62,000 bases of DNA from Acanthaster planci (taxonomy: Eukaryota): assembly GCF_001949145.1 (NCBI RefSeq), contig NW_019091402.1, forward strand, positions 1,736,001 to 1,798,000, given 5' to 3'. Made by a program: the position numbers and the translations under genes. Shown here piece after piece: positions 47,546-57,587 of the stretch (position 1 is the stretch's first letter; every line of letters starts with the position of its first letter). The notes under the pieces were generated by a model. The model made no database searches. It was given only the letters and a program-made list of their open reading frames with translations, and was not told the DNA's origin.

Positions 47546-50500
47546 TCATCTGTAGTCGTGACTTATTCTGTCGACATAATGCAGGGTTCTCCGTTCACAG
47601 AACGTGACCTGCCCTTTCCGGAACCAAGGTTCCTGGTTCTGGTACCAATCTTCCACATCGAAGTCGGGGAAAAAGAAGGATGTCTCCTTCCTGGCTGTCT
47701 CTGCAGAGTCTAAACCGGCAGAAATAAGGTCAAGTATAAAACACAAACCAATATTAAACATGCGGGCTTTGGAAAATAAGAGGTGTATCTCTTATTTTGT
47801 TCTTCATTTTTTTATTTTCATGATGGCCAAAATTCTTTTTTTTTTCATTTTTAAACAATAAGTAATTTTTCTCTTCGCCAGAGACACAAAACTGAAGAAG
47901 GCATGCTGAACGAGAATATAAGATATTTGAAGTAGCTTATTTGAGGGAAGTTTGATTACAGTTTATAGCAGTTTCAAAATAATAAGACAGTTACATGTTT
48001 CACCTTGCTACTCAAAGGGCCATGCAAAACAATTTTTAAAATGAAAGGCCTAGAAATGCACAGAAATGTGCCAGAATTTCGGATACTTTGTTAGTCTTAA
48101 AGTTTCTTTCTTTGGTGATTTGTTGTTTAATTTCATGACAGTGGGCACGTAAATTTTAGATGAAAACATTTTGGGACCAAAACTTGAGCAGAAATCCCCT
48201 GAAATTGAACAGGTTCTTCCCGGAATGTCACAACACCAGAAGCACCCTAGTGTGTCAAGAAAGCACTGAAAATTCTAAAATGGTTACAAGAAGGTACTTT
48301 TCAGCACAGTTAAACTGAGGAAGATTTTAAAAATAGGGTTTGTTTGTTTAATACCTGTGGGGTGCAGAAACTTCCACAATTTTTTTTTATTCAGGAAACG
48401 TCCCTGAAAGAACCCTTTGTCTCTTTAAGCTATCATCTGCTAGCTGTCTTCAATTTTTGGGGGAGTCCAAAATGATTGCTACATTTCACATTGTCGCAAG
48501 CAAAACTGGCCTGCAATACCTGAGCCATGAGTGGCATTTCTTGTGTCCGTTAGCCCAAAGCGTGCCCTCATAGAATCCGGTGCTTCATGTATTGCCCTGC
48601 ATTGGAGGCGACAGAAAGTAAATCCAAGGGATGATTCAGTGGTACAGTCGTGGTTGTACTAGGGGAGCCGGGCTGGGCTGGACATTTTTTTCTACAGTAC
48701 CTTGTGGTAAATACAAACGGAAAAATTCACTTAGTTGGTAACAGCAATGTGTTCTAATATATGATTCAAGGTGTTACGGTAAACTTTAATGAGTAATAAG
48801 GCCGAAAATTTACTTCTAATCCAACTCGTTTTATTTTAAACTTTATGTGGTGTATCATGCTGTTGGGACTAAGGGAAAAATTCACCCATCGGGACCATAC
48901 CTCACATGGATTACAAGCCACCTGCTCGAAGGGACTGATGCCTATCTTGAAAATCATCAAGTCAGACCATCACTCAAAAATACATTTTTTAAACACTTTT
49001 GATGGAATCTGATAGGAGCAAATAATCCATCGACTGGGCTGCCAAATATTCCAACACTCAATTATTTGAACTGTCCAAACCTTACTGCCTAAAATGAAGA
49101 AATTAATACAATGTGCACACAAGTGTGGTTCCAATGCAGTCCATGGCGATACATTTATATCCTCTAGAAGAGAATTTCATGATCAAGGAATGCACTATAG
49201 TCCATTTCATATCTGACCTGAACGTTTTGGTCGGTCCCATGAGCTGTCTCCACCTGATTACTGCATCCTCTCCAGCCAAAATGTGGACACTGACTGGCCC
49301 ACTGGACATGAAGCCAACGAGACGGTTGTAGAAAAACCGGCCTGCATGTAAGTAAAAAAACAACAATAGAGATGGACTTCCATCAAATATGTGTTTGTTT
49401 ACTTCATAAAATACATGTGCTAGTACTGGTACAACTGCATGGCATGCAAATGAAATCACACTTACAAAATGTTTTCTTCATTTAAAATTCCCTAGACAAC
49501 ACTAATCAACTTCATCGAGGCAATCACTCATTTAAATAAAGATCTTTTTAGAAGACAAAGGTACATGTAACAATCAATCTGGTCACATGACATAATATCC
49601 ATGTATACACCAAGTTCAAGTTCCAAAGCAATAATGCAAAACAAACATCACACGTGAAGCTGGACTGTAACGGAAAATGTCCTTATTAGTACCTTCCAAG
49701 GTTGAGGCTCATGAAAATAGAGTTTTGTCAACCTAAACGTTCTGTTACATACATGTATTCCCCCACCTTGACTGAGACACAAGCCTGCTAACTGGGTAAA
49801 GTACATTGACTGGTAGTCACTCTATGTAAAGGGAACGTAAATGCATGTAATCCACTTGCCTTTGTGCTCTGCGTAAAACCTCTCCACAATGCTGCTTGGC
49901 AACCTCTTTTCTAGTGAACGCACAAAGTAAAAGTTGTTGTTCAGTATCAACTGTTTCACTTCCTTCAAAATCGGGAAAAAAAGACAAAATAAAAGTTACA
50001 GAGGCTCAGAAATTACTTGTGACTTTCAAGTCTACTCAGATGAAAACTCGTCTCCTGCTAAGGAATGAAACTTTCACCAAAAGGTAGAGGCCTTCTTGCA
50101 ACAGGCTTACATCTCCTTTGTCTTAAAAGTACCACTTTATCTTCATGATCTTACTGGAACCCAAAGATATGTGACTGTCATAAATGTTATGATCTTAACC
50201 AGTGTTAACAATCCAGTGCTACCAGCAGATATGAACCCAACCAAATAAGTTTCAAAATTTAACATTTGATTTATACCATTATGGCCAAAATCTATTTAGA
50301 TTTGTCATTGCAAAGTACTACATGTAGTTATGGCCTAGGCATATTCGCATGTGTAATACCCCCCACACCCATTGGAAAACCCAGCTCCGTTACGCCTGGC
50401 ACTGTCCCGTTTTAAAAAAGACATGTAAAACCAGCTAAAGTTGTGGCACTTTCGTATTTATGCACGTGGATCCGACACGATGTGGGTCTGGTCATGTATG

Positions 50501-50642
50501 GCGGTTACGCTCGCTCTCGGCCCTAACGAGTAACGTTAGGCCACTATTTTCTTACCTGAAGTCGGTGAGGGTGAACCACAACGTTCGGTTTAATTATTGC
50601 AAGTGTTATCTCTAGTGCTCTTAATGTACTACTTTTACTCAT
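47546..50642 (-). CDS. NME6: Nucleoside diphosphate kinase 6, 5 coding exons, 184 aa
   Basis: Exons 50556-50642 (MSKSSTLRALEITLAIIKPNVVVHPHRLQ), 49860-49962 (EVKQLILNNNF...FYAEHK; GC donor), 49218-49341 (GRFFYNRLVGFMSSGP...WRQLMGPTKTFR), 48520-48596 (AIHEAPDSMRARFGLTDTRNATHGS), 47546-47709 (DSAETARKETSFFFPDF...). The NME6-typical GRFFY.RL, LMGPT and FGLTDTRN.THGSDS (catalytic His) are present. Confidence 0.95.
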
Positions 50643-50694
50643 AATTCCAGAATTATTTCTAAGGAAAGAGGGAGAAACACTTCTACCAAAAGCT

Positions 50695-50790
50695 TCACGA
50701 AATCTTCATGGAGGCCGCCATTTTGTTTTGCATTACGTGCGCCCTCTACCTGTCATCAATAAAGCTAAGATATAGAGGGCGCTCTTTTAC
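50695..50790 (-). promoter_or_regulatory. NME6 promoter region: YY1-like AAAATGGCGGC and two TAGAGGGCGC (CTCF-like) motifs in opposite orientations
   Basis: gccgccatttt 50714-50724; gcgccctcta 50739-50748; tagagggcgc 50773-50782. Confidence 0.55.
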
Positions 50791-51689
50791 AATTCGTCCA
50801 GACACTTAATTCAAAGCAACTTAATTCAAAAGGGAAAATACCGCCTGAGGCTGTTGAACCGTGAACAAGCACATTCGTCTGAATGCAGCCAAAAAGAGCA
50901 GGATAAAATTAAATGACCACACACACGCGAGTTACGCAGGAACGATAGTACTGTATATTTTATTTCAAAACTGATACCGCTGAAAAATACTTTCTCCTTT
51001 TATTCCCAGCGAGTTGATACATCCAACACGAGGTATATTACAAAAAGAAAGTTCAATTTTAAAAGCTATTTCACTGAAACGTATTTGGTCCTTAAATGCA
51101 TTCATTCTTCTCCTGCATAACCTTCAAAGACAAAGTGATATGATACAAGCGAGCAAGACATAGATAAATACTCAATCAAATCATAACATTTTCACACGTT
51201 GGTTCAGAGTCACCAGTGTTGATAACAATAAAGCAGATACTTTAAATTTCTAAAGGTAACTTATAATACCCAGAGTATATACACACTTTTCATAAATGGT
51301 AAGCCAAAGGGACGACTTATTTAACCTTATGTGAAAGACTTAATATTTCAACATTCCTGAGAGTTGTGTTCAAGTGTTATTTCAGGAACTGGTGAAAATG
51401 TATTACATGAATTTTTCACTTGCATTATTCTTAAATTTCTTGGGATGGGATGGGAAGGGAGAAGGGGCTGAAGCTATGAAGACTAGATCCTCTCTGAAAT
51501 ATGAAAAATAACAAAAAGGAAAATCAAATAATGATAAGTGGAAATTAAACTTAAACTTCTGAATTGAACAAAAAAAAGTTTTGTTCACTTTCAACATTAC
51601 CCCCCTGAAAAAAACACCTCAGCATCCCATCTGCCATAAAAATAACCACCAAAATTGGTACAGGTGGTCCTGCTAAACACAAAGATGAA

Positions 51690-54600
51690 CTATCTTCGTG
51701 GAATGGCACAGATTTCAAAAGGCTGAGGAGACAAGCTTATACCCCCAACCCCTCGGAAGGACAGGGCTGGTGAGCCCTCGGGCTTCTCGAAAGTGAAGCG
51801 ATGAAGGAGGTGGGTGAAGAAAAGGAAAAGCTCCATCTTGGCAAGCTGCTCGCCTACACAGGAACGGCGCCCTACAATAGCAAAAATTGAGACTGTATTT
51901 AGAATGACTTCAGGCTGGGGAATATTTGGGGTGGATAAAAGCTTGGAGCTTTCTTGTGGCACTCGGTGTCAATGATGGGCATGACAGGTGGATCAGCAAT
52001 AATCAATTGATTGTGGTGCACTATTGGTCGATCCTGTGCGAAATTTCTTTCTCACTGTTTTCCAAACACCGAGTCTTGCACTGTCTTCAAAACATTGAAT
52101 CTTACAGAGGAGAGAAGTAAAAAAAAAAAAACATGACTGACTGATAGTGCTGTGATGAAAAGACGAAAGCACAATCAACCACGATCGCAATGTATTCCAC
52201 ATATCATGTGGATCCAGTAAACACACACCCAACATCAATTTAGAGGTACATGTAACATGTATGGATCTCTCTGAAAGTCTACATGTAGGACTAAGGCAGC
52301 AATAAAAAAGAAAGAGGTGAACTTTCTCACCTATACAGAAAGGCAACAACTCATCTGGCTTAAGCACCTCATGATGTTCATCCAAAAAGCGATCTGGATT
52401 AAACACATGAGGCTCGGGCCACAGTGTTGGATCAGTTCCCAGGGCCCATAAATTGGGTAAGACGAGGGTCCCCTTTGGGATGTGGTGCTGCCTGAAGGTC
52501 ACATCACCGGAAGCCTCGTGTGGGACGCCCAGTGGAATGATGTTACCAATCCGTTGGACCTCTTGGAGGGTGGCAACTGCGTAGGGCAGCCTGTTCCGGT
52601 CCGACAGCCTGGGGAAGCGACTGCGGCCCACGACTCGGTCAAGCTCCTGCTGAACTCGGGCCTGGACCTGCGGACAGGCTACCATGTAGAGCAAAGCCCA
52701 CTGTAACGTCACGGCTGAAGTCTCGGTGCCCGCAGCGAAAAGATCCGCTGTGGTGCCGTGCAGGTCGTTCACTGTCACTCCGGACTTGGTGCAAGTCATC
52801 TCCCTGATAATGACATCCATGAAATCCCTGAGGTTGCCGGGATCAAAGTCCTCCCGATGGTCCTCCAGCGCAGCCCGGCTGAAATCGCAGACGTACTGTG
52901 TGTTGTCCAGGCACTCTCTAACCACTGGTACAAACTTGGCCAAAAGGTGAGAGTAAGGCATAAACAGTATCGCCCCAGTGGCACCGCCCATGAGTTCAAG
53001 ATTCCGATAGATGGCTCGCAGGAGCTCTACAAACCGTGGATCGGTGTACTCATACCGGGACCCAAACACGACCAAGCAAATGACGTTGGCTAAGGCACTG
53101 GACAGAATGTGAGACGGATTGAAAGGGCACCCTCTGTGGGCTCGTATTGCCTCCAGCAGGTGTCGTGCCTCGGTTGAAATCCTGTCTTCAAAATGCGGCT
53201 TGTTCAGTCCAAAGTCACGCATGAAGTGCAGCGTTATCCTGCGCTGCGCTCTCCAAAGATCCCCTGAGGCTCCCACAACACCTGTGAAGATTCAAGAAGT
53301 TAATAGATCAGCTGAAAAAAAAACTAGGCACACCAGCCGATGGATTTTATACCGTCACTTCTGAGACCCTTTAGTGCGAGACCATGAGGCCTCCTTGTCA
53401 ATCTCCCTAGTGGAGAATTCTTGAGGAATTTCCACCAAGTACTATCTGTGAGGAACGCATTCTCACCTCTACACTGGTTCTAGATCCAATTAAATGCAGC
53501 CACTTCAGAGCAGCTGCCAAATGAAGGAGCCTGCTCAAACAAGATCCAACAGGTCTCCCTGACCCTACAAAACATCACAGGATCACACAGCGGCACTGTT
53601 TGACAGATTATCAGCACCCATTGTCTCATTAGGCCATTGTCTCTGTTAACTAGATATTCTCATACTGAAAATAACAACAAAAACGGAATGAGAGAGGCCT
53701 CTCTAAAGTAGCACGTAGTAACTTCTGAAGTTGGCATTTAACAAAAGTAGGACTTTGACTGGGGAAAAATATGCAAAACAAAACCAGGTCAACCCTTCAT
53801 AAACCAAATTCTCCAAACTGTTCTACCAGAGACCAGGCCCTTTATTTTGCCAACCAAACTGTGAATGTCTTTATCATATGCAACAGAGAATTTGTCTGCA
53901 GGCATCTTGAACCTGAGAGGGAAGTAAGTGGTTTAAGTTTGAAGCCCAAGACTTGCTTTGTAAAGTTCAACAGTTTTACAACTGGAAGCACTAAGTCATC
54001 TAGTGGCACTCTCGTGAAGAGATTACATGTATCGTACAGAAATAGAGACAAGGCACCAGAAACATGTACAACTGAATATGCTCTCGAATGCAGTACTTAA
54101 GAAGCGATGGACTGTTCATCTCAAGAGTCATTCTGCACATATTTCTTGTATTGTACACTTATCTTGCCATCTTGAGCTTGGGGATATATATTAAAAATAT
54201 ACTCACCGACACCACCTTTCAACACTTTCTCAAACACCGATAATGACGGGCGACCATTGAGCTGTGGGTAATGGCGAAATGCATCTTTAATCACATCATA
54301 GCCGTGCAGTACAACCACGCGTCTGCCAAAGATCAGATCAATGTTGACGACTGGTCCGTACCTCTGGGACAATCTAGTCAAGAATGCATTGAGAAAACCA
54401 GAGAAGACTTTTTTGATGTTGGAATACGATTACCTTTTTTTTTTTTCAATGAATCATTCTATATTCTAGAGCAACAAAATTCAGTGTGTATTTCAAGTAA
54501 GCAGAGAGCAAACTTACATGTAACAATAAGCCACTTGCGATTTAACTCTGAATAAAATCTGGTACACTGTGTTATCTGATTGCACAGAGACTTAACAATT

Positions 54601-55943
54601 TGAATTCCCCAGTCTAAAGATACTGTTGCTATACTCGTGATTCGGGGCAAGCTTTTGCTTATCGACCACCATCTCTGGAATGGACTGGTTCCTTTGTGCC
54701 GTTCTTATCCATTGAGAATAGTATATTGTTGCAAGGTGTCTTTTATGTAACTAAGGAAAGGCTTGCCCCGAATCACGAGGGATAGCAACAGTGGCTTTAG
54801 TATGGAGAATTCCACTTGTTATGTTCACATGAATTTAAAGAACACAGTGTACCAGATTTTATTCAAATCTAACTTGCAAAAGGCTATAAATTCTAAATCA
54901 ATGAAGCAACAAGCTGGCTACAAATTAAAATCTAAATCCGTTAAGCATATTTACAGCAGGACCTATTCACAAATCATATTTCAACAGTCTGGACAAAAGT
55001 TTTAGAAATGAAGTCTTATTTACATCACCTGCATGCCCTCCATATCATTTACAGTGTAAGGCCTTATCAAATAGTAACAGGCTTACAAGTACATACTGTA
55101 GAGCTGTTTCTCTTGTGTTCATTGTGACAATGCCTTGGCTTTATCTTTCTGCCTCATATTCAATCACGAGTACACATACGGTGGTGAATTAATTGCTGCA
55201 ACAATCAGTCAAAAATCCCTTCCACTTGATTTGCCACAGTACACAGACGGAATGGGGCCATTTCATTTAAATGGTTTTGACTGATTGGCCGACTTTGTCA
55301 ACAATGCATCTTCAGATCTCTGCACAGGAGGGTTAATCTGAATCATATAGTTGGCAAAGCCTCCATCAGGAAGTATCACACAAACTTAAATTTCTAATAA
55401 TTTTGGGAAGTCTGTGGATAATATTTACAGCAAGAAATAACATTTACATGTACTTGTAGGCCCAGTGTAGCCGAAGTTTGTGCAAAATGTCTCACTCAAA
55501 CACGTCAAAAGGAGTTCCACTCAATGACAGCACGGAGGAATAAGAACACGTGTTCTTATTCCTCCATGGTAACAGTGATGCTCAAAGTTGAGCTTTTCAG
55601 AACAGCCCAGGCCTAGTCCGTCCACAATGTCCATCCATCCACCTGTGTGTTTTCCGTGTCACGTGCGCAAAAACAATGATTTACTGACTCAACATAGTTT
55701 GAACTCAAACACCATTATGTCCTGTCCTTTTGACGCTCACCTGTGGAATATCTCGTGCGGAGCGCCGCTGTAGAAGAGTAGGGACGGCAGGCTGCCGACC
55801 AGCGGCAAGGCCAGCGGTCCAGGGGGGAGATTGGCCGGTCGCCTGCAGAGCCAACGCACGATAATAAAGACCGCAACTCCGATGAGAACAGCTGTTGTGT
55901 CGGTCGCAGTAACACTCAAAGAAGGGACCCACCATGAGTTCAT
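51690..55943 (-). CDS. Cytochrome P450, clan 2 (CYP2U1/CYP2J-like), 4 exons, 500 aa (CYP-B)
   Basis: Exons 55741-55943, 54207-54373, 52331-53281, 51690-51871; GT-AG, phases 2/1/1, 1503 nt. LPPGPLALPLVG, WRAQRR, AGTETS, EVQR, PDRF, heme motif FCIGRRSCVG. Confidence 0.95.
54526..54887. mobile_element. MITE with ~140-bp imperfect TIRs, in CYP-B intron 1
   Basis: ATAAGCC...GAATAAAATCTGGTACACTGTGTT...CTCGTGATTCGGGGCAAGC and its mirror GCTTGCCCCGAATCACGAG...AACACAGTGTACCAGATTTTATTC...GGCTAT. Second copy at 58110-58473. Confidence 0.85.
55531..55568. repeat. Palindrome (32 bp perfect); probable collapsed TIR-only element
   Basis: CACGGAGGAATAAGAACAC|GTGTTCTTATTCCTCCATG; 55534-55565 is self-complementary. 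Confidence 0.85.
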
Positions 55944-56104
55944 ATCCAACCTTTAAAGTGGCGTACATTAGTTTTATGCAACCTGTGGTGGGCAAATTAT
56001 TCTAGAAAGATGACTCGTCAGGCCCCAAACAAAAGTTACAACAGGCCAGAGTGGCTCACTAATCTTGTCGGTGTTGCCAGAAAAAGTGCACAAGCACCAT
56101 AAAT

Positions 56105-56116
56105 AGCGCCCTCTAC
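56105..56116 (-). promoter_or_regulatory. CTCF-like motif GTAGAGGGCGCT between the TPR 3' end and the CYP-B start
   Basis: agcgccctctac, ~160 bp upstream of the CYP-B ATG. Confidence 0.4.
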
Positions 56117-57181
56117 TACTCCGAGAATACTCGGGGAGATGTTAGCGGCTTGGGAACTTTGACGCCGTCGTGAACGAAGACTAACAAGGCATAAGCTGAT
56201 AAACTTTGGACGGAATCGGGAAAAAAGTAGCTAACGCTTTGAGAAAGGCAACAGAACTCGGATATGCAACCCCCTTCCGCCACTCAAAAGGAATTTCGCC
56301 TTCCAAATCTAAAAAAAGCACTAAAATTACCCAGAAAAGACTTTCTTTGTATACCTTTTTATAATCACTTTAATTAATAAGGTCACTTTGAAACTTCAGG
56401 TGTGACACAAAACTTCTACAAAAACACATTCTATTTTCTAAATTTCAGTGGTCATTTGTTCCGATTCCAGCTCGCAAAGCGAGGTCTAAACACAAATCGA
56501 AAATAAAAGTGGACAACAGACATCTACAGTACCGTTTATTTATCCAATATTTTTATTTAACTAAACTCAAGAAATCACTACCAACAAAATTAAAAATGCT
56601 TCAACATGATTTTATTACTTTCAGTTTCTTTCAGCTTTTTTTTAGTTTTGGACTGGATAAAACTTACTGCATTGCTACAGACAACTTTAAAACACTGAAT
56701 TTTTTATAACAAGAAAAATGGTCAAGCATGTGTACAGTGCACAAGATTACTTTATCCTCAGCAAGTTGTACAATAGAGAATAACAAAAATAATACCTTGA
56801 AAATAACCGGGATTTACTTTGAGAACGGTAAATTTACACTTAAGCTTTGGAAGCATGGAAACATTTGATTGGGGCTACGGACAGTATTTCACTGGTCCCA
56901 AAATTAAACAAGCACTTGAAGTTACAAGTACTCACACAAAACACAGAGGGCTCACAATATTCAGGGAAGGACAGTGTGTGTTTCTGTACCAGTGTGTAAT
57001 TTAACAATTTATTAGTATAGCATTGTGTTTAAAAATAAGACTCAAACATGACAACAAGAGGGGCGAGTGCACATTGAGGCCACTTTCACATTCTCTGCCT
57101 TAATTTCCAAGGGGGGTAGCAAGGGGGATTTCAAGAAATTACGTTCTAACCACTCCATGCAACAGGCAATCCGATTTCTTT

Positions 57182-57422
57182 GGCTGTTTTCCAATACTCA
57201 ACTTCGTCTCCATCTAAGGCTTTGTTCCCAAAACCGATCCCCGATTGTGGGCCTAAAACATTTGAATTACATTGGATTACTGTAATTTCTGGCTCTCTTG
57301 CATCTTATTTGATACTTTTTGGCACTATTAGACTAATTACTGAGCTCAAAGCTTTAAAGTCAGCTAGTTAAAAAACAGTTGAAGCCTGAGACAGAGCCAA
57401 AGTTGAGTATTGGAAAACGACC
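57182..57422. mobile_element. MITE-like inverted repeat in the predicted TPR 3' UTR
   Basis: GGCTGTTTTCCAATACTCAACTT..AAGGCTT (57182-57222) vs AAGCCT..AAGTTGAGTATTGGAAAACGACC (57382-57422). Confidence 0.7.
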
Positions 57423-57587
57423 CTAGTAACTCAATTTGTTTTTCTAAACCACAGCGCATGTAACCAAGGAACACTGGAGAACTTGGAAGTGTCAGAAGTT
57501 GGAGACTTCATCATGACGTTCAGTTTCTGACAGTTTTGTTTTTTTCTGACGGGATTTTTTCTCGTGTTGGGTCACCCTATGAGATAC

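Noticed and set aside
51993..52330. C-terminal extension of the 427-aa P450 ORF lacking the heme Cys
   Set aside because: Read-through into intron 3. The donor at 52331/52330 joins exon 51690-51871 and restores FCIGRRSCVG.
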